Assembly (NCBI GenBank): GCA_951406725.2
Contig: OX597824.1
Coordinates: forward strand, 55,738,001 to 55,802,000
DNA from: Octopus vulgaris
Lineage: Eukaryota
Direction of reading: 5' to 3'
DNA: 64,000 bases
This document shows positions 36,339 through 50,339 of this stretch, one piece after another; positions within the stretch are counted from its first letter, which is position 1, and every line of letters begins with the position of its first letter. The notes below the pieces were generated by a model. That model saw only the letters and a list, made by a program, of their open reading frames with translations, was not told where the DNA came from and did not search any database. Made by a program: the position numbers and the translations under genes.

Positions 36339-39300
36339 TCATCATCATCATCATCATCATCATTTAACGTCCGTTTTCTGCGCTAGCACGGGTTGGACGG
36401 TTCGACCGGGTTCTGGGAAGCCTGGGGCTGCACCAGGCTCCAGTCTGATCTGGCAGAGTTACTACAGCTGGATGCCCTTCCTAACGCCAACCACTCCACG
36501 AGTGTAGTGGGTGCTATTTACGTGCCACCTGCACAGGTGCCAGGGGGGTCCAGCATCGGCCATGATTGGTTGGAGCTTTTAACGTGCCACCGGCACGAGA
36601 GCCAGCCAAGGCGGTGCTGGCAACAGCCACGTGCAGATGGTGCTTTTTATGTGCCACCAGCACAGAAGCCAATCGGGGCGGCGCTGGCAACGGCCACGTT
36701 CGGATGGTGCTTTTTATGTGCCACCGGCACAGGCATCACAACTACTATTTCCATTGATATTTATTTCGATGTTCATGTTCATGTACTTGACTTAACAGGT
36801 CTCCTCAAGCACAGCATGACGTTCTGGAATCCAGGGTACTTTGAATGGGCAGGGGCTATGCGGAACTGGTGCAGGAAGCAACCCAGGTCTTTGTAGTCAC
36901 AGCATATCTCCAGAGATTTCGGTCCTTCGCTCTGAGGTCCAATGCTCTGAGGTCATGCTTGACTACCTCATCCCATGTCTTCCTAGGTCTACCTCTCCCC
37001 TTGATACCTTCAACTGTTTGGGAGTGGCACTTCTTCACACATCTCTCCTCATCCATCCGCAGTACATGACCATACCATTGCAAGCGTCGCTCTTGCACAC
37101 CACATCTGATGCTTCTTATGTCCAGCATTTCTCTCAGGGTGCTTACACTCTGTCGTGCGTGCACACTGACATTACACATCCAGCGGATCATGCTAGCTTC
37201 ATTTCTTTCAAGTCTACGCATGTCCTCTGCAGTCACAGCCCATGTTTCACTACCGTGAAGCATGGCAGTTCGCACACATGCATCATACAATCTACCTTTC
37301 ACTCTGAGCGAGAGACCCTTTGTCGCCAGTAGGGGTAGGAGCTTTCTGAACTTTGCCCAGGCTATTCGTATTCTAGTGGTGACACTCTCTGAGCATCCAC
37401 CTCCACTACTAAATTGGTCACCCAGGTAGCGGAAACTATCAACTACTTCTAGTTTCTCCCCCTGGAGTGTGATGGAATCTGTTTTCTGAGTGACTGTGGT
37501 GTCTATTGTCCCTGTGCATCTGCCGCACATTAAAAAGCTATCTTATCAGTTAATTTTCCTTTGATGTTGATGCACCTCTTATGCGTCCATAGCTTACATT
37601 GGGTGCATCTTATGGAGTTTCTACCTACACCTTTTCTACAGATTGAGCAGGGCCACCTGCCTGAGGGTGTGTGTGCTGAGTTCGTCTTTCTGCTTACTAT
37701 AACTTTGGTCTTTGCTACATTTACTCTAAGGCCCTTTGATTCTAACCCTTGCTTCCACACCTGAAATTTCTTTTCTAGTTCCGGTAGTGATTCTGCTATG
37801 AGAGCCAGGTCATCAGCATATAGGAGCTCCCAGGGGCATCCTCTTTTGAATTCCTCTGTTATTGCCTGGAGGACTATGATGAATAAAAAGGGGCTGAGGG
37901 CTGAGCCTTGGTGTACACCTACTTCTACTTGGAATTCTTCACTATATTCGTTGCCAATCCTAACCTTGTTGACAGCCTCTCTGTATAGAGCCTGTACAGC
38001 CCTTATTAGCCATTCATCAATCTCCAGTTTCTGCATCGACCACCAGATAAGGGATCGGGGGACCCTGTCAAAGGCTTTCTCCAAGTCCACAAAAGCTATG
38101 TAGAGGGGTTTATCTTTAGCTAGGTACTTCTCCTGCAGTTGTCGGACCAGGAATATAGCATCAGTGGTGCTTCTACCCGGCACAAAACCGAACTGCATCT
38201 CATCTAAGCAAATTCTCTCCCTAATGAGGTGGGTTATGACCCTCTCTGTGACCTTCATCACCTGATCTAACAGTTTAATACTCCTGTAGTTATTTCTATC
38301 TAGAGCATCACCCTTACCCTTGTAGCAGTTGACTATGGTGCTGCTATGCCAGTCATTGGGTATGACTCCATTGTGAACTACCTGGTTTACAATGCGGGTG
38401 ACTAGGCCATAGCCCACATAACCAGCTGTTTTAAGCATCTCAGCAGTGATACCTGATGGGCCGGGGGCTTTACCTGGTTTCATACCCTTAATTGCCTTAA
38501 CTACAAGGGAGCTGTCTATTTGGATAGCTGGTCCCTCTACTGGGTCAACATTTGGCAGGCTCTCCTCCTCCCATTCATTCTCCACATTCAGCAGTCTTTC
38601 GTAATGGCTTCTCCAAGCCTCTTTTTTTTCACCAACATTAAAAGCAAGTGCCCCATCATCCATGCGGACACATTTCTCTCCTGTAACATCACTATTTTCT
38701 CTCACACACTGTCTGGCAATCCGAAATACCTTGGTCCTCACGACGCTGGACATTGGCAAACTTCTTCTTTTCTGCTACATCTTTGGCTATGTACACCTGC
38801 TGCCCAGCCTCCCTTTTGGCTACCTGGTACAGTTCCCTGCTACCTCCATCCCTCCAGGCTTTCCAGGCCTGTCTCTTTGCACTAATGGCTTTGTCTACTG
38901 CACTATTCCACCACCACGTAACTCTAGGTCTGGAAGGGACTATGCACCATCCACAGACTTGGTCTGTGGCACTCAGCAAGCTGTCCTGTAGGAATTCCCA
39001 GCTACCTTCTATGTCCGTCGTCTGAAGCTCCTCCTCCCTCTCATCAAATTTCTTGATGAGGATGTCCCTAAATCTCTGACCATCTGAAGGGTTCTTTAGC
39101 TTCCAAATCCTTCTTTTTTTCTGGATTGGTTTGTTTCTTGGAGTCCTTCTGGCCTCAAGCTTAAAGTCACTGATGATTAGCCTATGTTGAGGGATACATT
39201 CTTCACCAGGGAGGGTCTTTGTATTTAAGAGCGACCCTGCATCCCGCTGTCTGGTGAGGATGAAGTCTATTTGGCTAGCGGAGTCTCCTGACTGATATGT

Positions 39301-39460
39301 TATAAGGTGGCAGTCAGGCTTCCTGAAGTTAGTGTTGCAGATTAAAAAGTTACATGCATCACAGAATTCCAGTAGTCTAGTTCCCTCATCATTTCTGGTG
39401 CCAATACCATGGCCACCGTGAACCCCAGTGAAGATACCCGATTTCCGCCCAACATGCCCA
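36336..39460 (-). mobile_element. young RTE-clade LINE, 5'-truncated within the APE domain
   Basis: APE remnant (SQIDFIL), RT ORF 37530..38759 (QFGFVPGRSTTDAIF, FVDLEKAFDRVP, GVHQGSALSP, LLYADD), C-terminal ORF 36856..37530, (ATG)n tail; few frameshifts. Confidence 0.95.
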
Positions 39461-39464
39461 TTGG

Positions 39465-39720
39465 GTTTTCTTTACATGTTGGTAAAGTTCTCTCATGTTC
39501 CCTTTCCTGTATGCCTCCTCTGCCCTGAGTAGTAAGGATCTGGAGGATCTTGTCCTGTTGGTCAAGAAAGAGAGGAAGAGGCCGACCAAGAACCCGCTGG
39601 CTTGACACCATCAAGAGTGATACCGGAATGGACATAGCCAATCTGAAATAAGTGGCCCAGGATAGAACTGACTGGAGGACACTGATCCAACGAGTAACCG
39701 AGAGTCAACTTCGACTGAGT

Positions 39721-39722
<2 letters not shown>
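39465..39722 (+). mobile_element. short 3' end of another RTE-like LINE
   Basis: [17 protein letters not shown]...[21 protein letters not shown]. Confidence 0.65.
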
Positions 39723-39775
<53 letters not shown>

Positions 39776-39799
39776 TCATATACATACATATACATATAC

Positions 39800-39890
<91 letters not shown>

Positions 39891-39891
39891 T

Positions 39892-40880
39892 ATATGTAGT
39901 GCTAGATGTGTTGTTGTCGTTCTTGTGGTTGGCATAGTGGTGATACATTCCTCATTATTCTAATTAAGTCTGCCACTAGGATGTTGAGTTTGGCAGTATC
40001 CGACATAGCTGAGTCACTATGGATTACTAGTGGATTAGCCATCCTAGTGGCAGACTTAATTAGAGTAATGAGGAATGTATCACCACTATGCCAACCACAA
40101 GAACGACACCAACACATCCAGCACTACATATTCCGAATGCAACGCTCCGGATACACACAAGACGATAGAGTCAGGGTGTACAAAAGAGCGAAAGCTAGAT
40201 TCGAACGCCTTCTAAGGAACGACGTAAACGGTATATGCCCCCTATACCACAACAAGTTCTGGAATAGGTTAGAGAGGGACACCAACAAAAGGATGAGAAA
40301 CGTTACTTGGTACGATAACAGGAGATTTCACAGAGTAATGTTCGTTGACGCCACACCTTAGAACGAGCTAAGTAAGGCATTCAAGAAAATCCTGCGCACT
40401 ACTGGCCTAAAAATTAAAGTTGTAGAAAAGACAGGTAGGACTATCAAATCGGCATTATGCAGATAATATCCATTTGATAGAATCACCTGTCAAAGTAATT
40501 GTGCAGTATGTTCGACAAATCCACATGTAAATTGCAAAACCAAGGGCACTGTATACCAGATTAAGTGCCAGGAGGGAGCTTGCGCGACTAACCCAGAGTC
40601 ATACATAGGTGAGACTTCTAGAAGCATCAATGATAGGTTCAAAGAACACCTGGACAACTACATTGAAAGGAAGCCAAACTCCATCTTCTACCAACATGCT
40701 GTAGACTGCCACAAAGGATCCTTAGGGAAACTTAAGTTGAACATCCTATCAACACATCCCACCGATGCAATGTTGAGACAGGTCACATAAGCTGTTTGTA
40801 TACAAGAATACAAACCTACTCTCAACCGAAAGTCCGAATGGAGTAACATCCAGATCCCATTCAGAAGGACTATTCTATAA
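39892..40880 (+). mobile_element. 5'-truncated PLE (tentatively Nematis-like) with 5' inversion
   Basis: MQRSGY..CPLY..VMFVDATP; TVYQIKC..SYIGETSRSINDRFKEH..DAMLRQVT*AVCIQEYKPTLNRKSEW; 92-bp inverted arms 39892-39983 / 40040-40131. Confidence 0.85.
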
Positions 40881-41800
40881 CTACCCCTCTCTCTCTCTCT
40901 CTCGTTTACTTGTAGTCCTTACATACAGGTTGCAATGCGTATGTGCAGTTATATATAACCGTATGAGCGTACGTTGTTTGATACGTACAGTTGCACTTAG
41001 GCATTGTATCCATTCACAGTTAGACGGTGATGAGAGGAACAAACACACACCCACACATATATATATATATATGTGTGTGTGTGTCTATACAAACATATGT
41101 GAATATGTATACAACCTTCAACAAAGTAACAGTCATGTACACAACTTGGACGGACACATGCCAGTACACGGACATACGTTCACATACACATACACATGTA
41201 CACACTCTCACAGACATGTCTGTCCATTCTCCTAGACACTCACATACATACGTAGCACATGAGTACAAAAATACATACATACCTACGTATAGGCATACAC
41301 ACGTACATACGCACGTACATGTACGCACACACATACATGGGCACATGCATACGTGCGCGTATACATACATACGCACATGCGTACGTATGTACATACACAC
41401 ATACATACATACATACATACATAAATACATACATACATACATATGCACATACATACATACATACATACGCACAATAGTAAAACAAAAGTTCTGTGATATA
41501 GAGATAAATATCTGATAATAGGTTTTAGGGTATAGTTTTGGGAGTGAGGGTCGTAAATCACTTCCAGGCTTCGGCGGGGGGGGGGGGGAGTTGAAATTTG
41601 ATATTATTGTGATGAGTGGTCACTCTACATCTATCCATCACTACAGGTTTATAGCTTTATGTTTATAGTGTGTATGTGCGTGCATATACACACACATACA
41701 TATATACATACATACATACATACATGCATACACAGGCGTATATACGTACATGCATACATACATACATACACACATACATGCATACATATGTGTATGCATG

Positions 41801-41833
<33 letters not shown>

Positions 41834-42249
41834 ATGTCAAATGATGAAAATGAGTGCTCAACACCACATTGGTGGATAGAATTTCTTTATTTTAATTAAA
41901 GCTACCGTTGGTTTTGTGTAATGTAAAATAGGAAAATATTTTAATATTTTAACAATTTTTCAAGCTGATTACAGGGAGGAATGGTGTTCATCTCTATTTT
42001 GGATAAACACATACATATATGAGGCAGTATCAAAAAGTTCCCGAACTAGTTATCTACCTTAATAATACTCTTGTGTATTTCTCTGTCATGACATATGAAT
42101 GAGAAAGGAAGGGGTGATAGATGAATAAGGAAGGAAGGGGTGGTGGTAAACTTGGTAGTGGGATGATGGAAGTTCTACAGTGAAAAAATTGAACAGTGTT
42201 TCAACTCTGCATGCGTATATGTGGGTGTATATAAAAGGGAGTCGTGTGA

Positions 42250-42298
<49 letters not shown>

Positions 42299-42939
42299 GG
42301 AAGTGGGATGGTGAACATTCAATGCTGAAAAGAAAAATCAAACAGCATTTCAACTCTGTGTGAATATATGTATGTATGTATGTGTCTGTGTGTACAAGGG
42401 AATGTTTGTATCTACGATTATTATGTACCTTATTTTGTATCTTATTTATATAGAAAATACTACAATTAGCTGTTATTTTTGACGGCATGGGGCCAGCTAG
42501 TATTTAATAAACTATAACTTATTTACCTAAAATATAACGTGTCTTGAATGGCACAACAATGCAGAGTGGACTATAAGAACTGTTATAATTTAATTATCCA
42601 TAGTCTGATACAATATTTCAGAATATAAAAATTCTATCTTCAGATATCGTTAGGAATTGATTGAGTCACTACTATAATCAGTTTTCCAACAGTTACTGAA
42701 AATTTTCTTTTCCAGAAGCATCCTTGCAGTGGTCTCATGAAGCTACTTCTGAAATTCCTCATGAGAAGTGCATGAGGGCAGCCATGTCTCAAGATCATGT
42801 GTGTTGGCATATCTGCAGTGCTGCTTTTAAGTTATGTATTATACGTGCAGTTTCATTTTTTTTTTATAATACATGAGCATATTATCAAAAATGAACCTAT
42901 ACACATCCAGATGTAGCTAAATAATATATTGATTGCCAA

Positions 42940-43960
42940 CCTCCAGCCTGTTGTTAATTTGGGGCCCTAGTCTGTCTATTAGGATAGCTTCCTTAATTCT
43001 TTGATTACCCAAATTTCTTGCATTGGCCTCAATTGTAACTGTTATGCTTTAATCGGTGTTCCAGCATCTGTCTAGATGTTTTCAGAAGGAGAAGGCTCTT
43101 GTGTTCAGATGTTCTTTGATGCAAATGTGTAATGGTCTTGTTGTGCTACCCACATAGAACTTGTTGCATTTGTTACATTGTATTCTATACACAACATTTA
43201 CCCGTTGGCATAAATCTGTGTCATGGATGGGGCAGTTAGCTAGTGTGCATTGATTGCTGTCCTTTGCTTGTTTCTTTGCTAGGTGTCATCTCAAAGAGGT
43301 GCTGTAGTGGGCTAGTTGTATGTTTAATCTATCTCTTCTTATGGCTCTTCAGATGGTTGTAGTTATCTTCTTGCTAAAATGGGGTATTTTAAGGAAGCAT
43401 GTGTTGCTGGGTTTTCTGTGTGTTCAGCATGTTTGTCATCTTAAGTACTTGAGCCGATTTACAATAGATATAGGGTACTTGTTGCTTTTCAATATCTCGA
43501 GAAAGCGTGTGGTGTGGGTCATCTTGTTCTCTATCCTGCTGCACTTGCTCTGGATGCATACAAGTTCATTTCTGGTGTATCCTGTTTTGGCACCGAGTGA
43601 AAGGACTAAATTGTACTAAATAAACATATCTCTACTGACTGTTTTGTCTGAGTTGGTCTAGGGCAGTTGGTGCAGTCTTTTGATGACTTTGTCAGAGTTC
43701 TTGACATGTCCAGGAAAGTTGGAGGGTATGGGCTTCAGGATGTGGGAAAGGAGCCAGGATATTTTATATAGAAGTCTTTCCATGCTGGAAACGATGGGTC
43801 TAATCTGGATCATGTTGCTATCCTTGTGTGTTTTAATGAGGTGATAGAATCTGAGTAATCTACTGTTCTTTGTGATGAAGTTGTTCTTGTATTTGCTATG
43901 TAGTTGTCTGCTAAGTTTTAACATCATCTCATTCAAAATAGTCGCCTTGTGCAGCAATAC
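42940..43960 (-). mobile_element. decayed Penelope/Poseidon-like PLE with internal RT deletion
   Basis: FYHLIKTHKD..IRPIVSS (RT N-part) and NVVYRIQCNKCNKFYVGSTTRPL..IKEH..IKEAILI (GIY-YIG). Confidence 0.8.
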
Positions 43961-44410
43961 ACTGGTCTCAGCATTCCTCCTAGTTTGGGATTCTGGCCTG
44001 GAAGCCGTTTTTCACAAGTGAGTTGAGGACCTTCTGCAATTCACTCTTGATCTCAACAACAGTGTTAAAACGGTGACCTTGAGCTGCATTTTCATCTTGG
44101 GGAAGAGATGGAAGTCTGCAAGTGCTAAATATGGTGAAGAGGGCAGTTGTGGAAGTGATACCATGTTGTTTTTTGGTGAGAAACACACAAGTGAAGAGAG
44201 CTCAGTGACAGGGTATATTGTCATTGTGAAGAATCCAATTCTTCATGTTCTACAGATCTGGTCGCTTTTGCCTAGTGTCCTCCCTCAAATGCTTCAAATC
44301 ATCATTGATTATCCTCTAATGATTCTCGTTCACAAGCTGATGAATTTTCTCCATATTTCTAAGGGTGACACTCATGGCAGGTCTTCTGGATCACTCATCG
44401 CTCAACATAT
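43960..44410 (-). mobile_element. Mariner transposase 3' fragment
   Basis: LPQLPSSPYLALADFHLFPKMK (YSPDLAP.D motif). Confidence 0.75.
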
Positions 44411-44599
44411 TTAATATTACCAATATTATTTATGAAGTTTCTCATTATTATTATTATTAATACTGGGTTTGGTATTGAAACTAGGGGTAATTTTTTTGCT
44501 CATGCCTGGGGTCGATGGTCAAAAAAGTTTGGGAGCCTTTGAACTAAACAAAGACTAGAGGTCTCTTACAACCAACTGTACGATGATAGTTGACAACAG

Positions 44600-47270
44600 C
44601 ATTCATCCACCTTTGGCTTTGCTTCTTTTCCTGATGCTGTGATGCTCACAGGAAAACTGGAATGAAACTGAGAAAAAAAGGCAACATGAAAGACAGTGAT
44701 ACAAAATAAAATTGAATAACACTTCTGAAGAGGAACAGAGGGAGTATGGGAAGAGGCTAGACAGAGAACTTTTAGACCACATGTTAAGAGTGAGGAATAA
44801 AGATCAAGAAGTCTAGAAAAAATAAGAATCAGAGATACAACTATGTTATAAAATGAAACAGTGGGAAAAGAGAGAAGGTTGATGGAAAGGAGATACATGG
44901 CAGTTCAAAGAGTAAATATGGAAATTGACAAAGGTAAGAAAAGGAGATTAGAAAATTTAAGACATAGGGCTAAAGAAAGTCATACAAATGAAACAGAAGA
45001 TGACAGAAATGTTAGAAGATGGAATGAGAGATTACATGCTCAAGAAGGATTCACTAAGACAAATGTAAGAAGGCAACAAAATGCTGAAAAAACAAGGCAA
45101 AAATGATGTAAATAACATGATACACGTGGGCAAGAAAATGTTCAATGAAACAGTATCTGAAAAGACATTCATGTAGATAGATGTATTCTGTCAATTTTGC
45201 AAAGCTAAGTGTTTCATTGCAGAGAAAACAGCAGATGGAAAATTCAGCAACTGCTGCCACAAAGGAAAGGTACAAATTCACCCTCAAAGACCTATTCCGG
45301 AATATCTCAAAAATGTAATGAGTCAGCCTGACTATCCTCATTTTGCAAATTTCAAGCATAACATTAAACCATACAATTCATTGCTTTCATTTGCATCAAA
45401 GGAGACTCAGGTAGCTAATCCTCCAGGTCATGGTCCATATTGCTTTTGAGTTCATAGGCAAATGTACCATCAGATGTCTAATATGCATCCATCAGAAGGA
45501 GAGGGGAGACAGTTTGCTCAACTCTATATTGTTAATTCAGCAATGACTATTTCAATGGCTATGTTCAATTATCAGGCTAATGTAGCATGCATCCCTGAAA
45601 TCATGGCCAATCTTGACAGAATTATTAAAGAAAATAATGTCTATATAATGTTATACAGAATGTTAAGTGAGGCAGAACAAGAAGAGAAAGAGCATGCGCA
45701 ATTGTAAAAGCACTAAGTTTCAACAGTTGGTATGGTTTTTAAAAGAGAGTATACTGTTGATAGATATTGTTACAATTTGCCAACTACTGATGAAGTGATT
45801 ATATTGTTCAGACATGAAGATGGAGTGTTCCCATTTGAAAATATATCCAAGGAATCCAGTTGAGGAACATATTATTTTCAATATCCTCAGCCAAATTTGG
45901 ATCCAATGATACGCACATTATTTTACCCATTCAGTGAGTCATGCTGGCAACCCAGTTTTTTAGTTGTTAAGGAAGCAGTGAGAACTAATGGCCAGAATAA
46001 TATCACAATGCTCCAACATAAAACTAGCAAAAATGTAGTGAGGGATGAATTTAGTCCAATACTACATCATGGCAAATTCTTTCACCAATGGGTCGTAGAT
46101 AGTCTAATATCCTCAACTACATAAGATTACACCAGAAACAATTAAGGTTTGAAAACTATGCTGGACTGGCCAATCATTTTATGAATGCAGCAAACAGGGA
46201 AGAGCAAGTAGGATGAACTGTGATACTCTTATCATCATTTCAAGGATCACCTTGCAATATGAACATAGGCTTAAGAACAAGGAGTTCAGGGTGTCTGAGC
46301 GCACTTCATAAAATTTTTTGTGGGGTAACATTAAAAATGCTTTGAACATTCTCCTGGAAAACTTCATTGCCAAAATGAATGAGCATAGAAACATTTTTGG
46401 ACTGATCTCAAACATCACTTTTCCATTATTGAATTTGTCTGATTTGTTTGATGTTTGAATATATTAATAATTATCATTATTATACCTGTGTTTGTTTTGA
46501 TAGTAAGATTGAAGAAATCAGCCTTGTCTGTAAAAAGTTTTAGACGAGGGTTTGCACCATCCAAACAAATTTCATTCTCACACTTATGAACATAAAAGAA
46601 TGTTACTATGATGCAATGGCATTTGTCTCAAAGTATAGAAAACCCAACCTCTTCATTACTATGACATGTAAACCATCATAACCAGAAATTAAAAAATAGT
46701 CTCTTTTCAAGCCAAAGTGCTTCTGATTGTCCTGATTTGGTTGCATGCATGTTTAAATAATAATTAAAATCACTTCTGGAAGATATGATTGCAAGATCCT
46801 GCAGTGGAAACACTTGGGGCATTTTGTTATTCCATTGAATTCCAGAAACGTGATTTACTCATGCTCATATTCTGATCATATTAGAAGATAAAAATATCTT
46901 CAATGATCCCATAGCAACGGATAAAATGGTGTGCTGAATTTCCAAATCCAGTGGCAGAAACCCTTTCACTATGATAGTGCAAAGCAAAATGCCAAATATA
47001 TGGTCCCTGTGGTGTAGCAAATCCAATCTCTTCCAGTATAGAGAACCACAAATCCACTAAAGAGTTTCCAAAATACTTCAGGAATGAAGCAACTGCTAAT
47101 GTTGATGGATACTCTATCTACAGGAGTTACAGTGGCACAATTTGCCATGTTGCTCCCCCAAATTAGACAAGAGATATGTTGCACCAAATAACAAACGTCT
47201 CAATTTTAAGCACAACTGCCACATCAACACAGAAATGTGTTCCCTTAGAAATAGTGTCAACTATATTTTT

Positions 47271-47320
<50 letters not shown>

Positions 47321-49745
47321 AAAGGGTATGTTTATGCTTAATTGCAAGTTCTAGAAAAAATGCTTTTCTACATGACTGAATAAATCAATACACGAGGTGC
47401 ATTCAAAAGGTATTTGACTTTTTTCCCCACCAAAACTAATGCCATGTTGGCAAAATCCCTTGGGTGGGAGGTGACACCACCCTTCCTGTACATGCATGTA
47501 AACTTTTGCACTGGTGGGTTGTGTTAGTTGCTGACTGTTATGCCTAGAGTAGTGTGTGCTCGTCGGATTTTTGCCTTCATGCATGATGACTAAATGCATT
47601 GAGCAGAGATATTGCATCAAGTTTTACCTAAAGCTTAGCGATACTCAAGATCAAACCATCCAGAAGATTCAGCAGGTAGTTGGCAATGATGCCATGGGCA
47701 AAACTCAGATCAAGGAGTGATACAACTGCTTCAAACATGGCCACACCTCAATGGAAAGCAATGTATGTTCAGGCAGGCCGTCTATAAACTGAGACGAGGA
47801 GTCACTTGAGAAGATTCAATGAATGATCTGAAGTAGGACTAAGTACAGAATCAATGCATTCCATTTTGAAGGAAGATTTGTGCATGCAGAAAGTGACAGT
47901 GAAAAAATAAAGTCAGATACTTTTTGAATGCATCTCATAATCTAAGCTTTCTTGGGGGAAAAAAAAAACACACTACCTGTTTGACAGGCTCTCTGCTCTC
48001 CCAACTTGACACCATGTAGATTCTGGCTCTTCCCCAAACTGAAAACCATGCTGAAAGCAAACTGATGGGAGTCGTGAGAGGAAACTATGAGAAAAGCAAT
48101 GGTAGAACTCCATAACATTCCAGAGAATGTGTTCCGGAGATGTTACCAGCAGTGCAGAACTGCTGGGGGATGTGTGTGAATTTCCAAGGAGATTATTTTG
48201 AAGGTGATTTTGTAAAACATATGAAATTGCCTTTTTTATGTCCAAAGATCGAATACATTTTGTTAGTGCACCAGAAGCAATGTGAACAAGATACATGACA
48301 AATCACTGTCATTCATTTTCCACTACATCTTGAACACCAGTAGCCTGTATATCTTCAAGAGGGCAATGAAAGAGAAGTACTTCAAAAGGCCCAGGATAGA
48401 GACATTCACCTAATTGCATTGCTCAAACTCAATGAAACTGATGAAGCTGCCAGTCAGTATCTCTGCACAGAAATTCCATACTGTTATGTCTTCAATGAGG
48501 AAACATCAGCATGGAGACATGTTATGAGGAGGATATAAAATTGTTCCAAGAATGTATGCAGTGCATCCATATGAAACAGAGAGATTTCACCTTTGAATAT
48601 TGTCGCTACATGTAAAGGGCTCTACAAGTTAGGTACATGTAAAAGGTTCAACAAAGCAATGCATGTCAGAATACCCAAACAAGAGCATTATTTGCAATAA
48701 TTTGTGCTCTTAACAGACTGACTGACTCTCCGCCACTATTTCATCTTCAGAGCAGCACCTTATAAGGGATTTTGTAAAAGAAGGAAGAACACACGAAGCT
48801 CTTAACAGGAACTTTGCATGATATTCACCAAACTTTCTCCATGCAGAGTCTATGCTATAGTGACTTGGGATTGTCTGATTTTGTGCACGTTATCAATAAT
48901 GATAATGAACTCTACTCAGACAATACTGCTGATGATGAAATAAAATTACAGAGCTTAAATGAACTACAGAAAGAAGCAGTTACAACATTGTAGAATGTTT
49001 AGATGATATTATGCAGAGCACAGCTTCTTTCTTTTTGATTGGATCTGCATGCTCAAGTAAAAACCTACCTCTACAATACATTCAACAGCTACTGCTATTT
49101 GCAAAGTAAATATGTGTTCTCTTATGCATCAACCGAGGTAGAACAGTTCATAGAGGAATTCAACTCATTCTAAAGACATTATTGTCATCTATGAAAATCC
49201 TTCAGAAGAATCAGAAAGAATAAAAACTGCTACTTTGATGATAATTTATAAAACATCAATGTTCTCACCGAACACATTTCACATTATTGGTATCCTTCTG
49301 AAGACAATTATGGGTAGCAGTTAACCTTTTGGAGTTTATCTGCTTAGGGAAGACTTCTGTCTGATAGTATGTATAGTGCCAAGAGGCTCCAAAACTGACA
49401 TCATTGAAACTTGCTTCAAACTCTCCCTGTTGTAGTGATATATAAAGACCCCCAAACTCACCACCAACATGAGATCACGCACTGACACAGTATTCAATGA
49501 GTAGTTACTTCAAATTGGAGAGGGAACCATCAGTAACAATGTACATGAAATACCACATAGAATGACTGTAACTGAAGATATCACACAAGAAGTATATGGC
49601 AATTCTTTGAACCTGGAATTGGTCAATAATGTTGATCTGTGTGGGAAAACAATTCTAACACCAAAAAATAAGGATGCTCTGCAGACAAACAATAGAATTC
49701 TGACTCTCTTGACTCATGAGACAATAGAATATAAGAGTGTTGACT
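44600..49745 (+). mobile_element. decayed autonomous Helitron (Rep plus PIF1-like helicase), interrupted by nested inserts
   Basis: Fragments CCHKGKV, YNSLLSFAS, FAQLYI, FHQWVVD, DAMAFVSKYRKPNLFITMTC, IEFQKRDLLHAHIL, HINTE..NYIFKY, LTTNMR, LLQIGEG, ILTPKN. Confidence 0.85.
47389..47939 (+). mobile_element. internally deleted Mariner nested in the Helitron
   Basis: TIR CGAGGTGCATTCAAAAGGTATTTGACTTT / AAAGTCAGATACTTTTTGAATGCATCTCA; EQRYCIKF HTH start. Confidence 0.75.
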
Positions 49746-49909
49746 GATTACACCAACATACACATCCGCTTTGCTAATCTCTTAATTTTAGGTACTAGAA
49801 TTTTTCCAACAGGTACTAATGCCCATTTTTTTTCCATTGTAGGGGTTGTTATGCCCTAATATTAGACTATTTTTATAGTCAATATATGGTGAAAGCTCAT
49901 ATTTTTTAC

Positions 49910-49910
<1 letters not shown>

Positions 49911-49940
<30 letters not shown>

Positions 49941-50137
49941 TGTATGTATGTATGTATGTATGTATGTATGTATGTATGTATGTATGTATGTATGTATGTA
50001 TGTATGTATGTATGTATGTATGTATGCATACATACATACATACATACATGCATGCATGCATGCATGTATGTATGTATGTATGTATGTATGTATGTATGTA
50101 TGTATTTATGTATTTATGTATGTATACATGTATGTAT
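49911..50137. repeat. (TATG)n microsatellite
   Basis: Direct tetranucleotide array; source of the YVCM/HTYI pseudo-ORFs. Confidence 0.95.
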
Positions 50138-50339
50138 GCACATACACACACAGTTCTATTTATTAAGGCAGCAACCATGTTCAGTTAGATCTAACAGCCA
50201 CATTGTTCACATTACCTTGGTTTTCAGCTCTGTTAAATATGACAAGCACTCTCTTCTGTTATCTGTTTAGTATACCATCAACTTTTGTCAATGTTTTCTT
50301 TTAGTGTAAATTTCTTTTAGTGTAAATTCTTTCTAGCTG

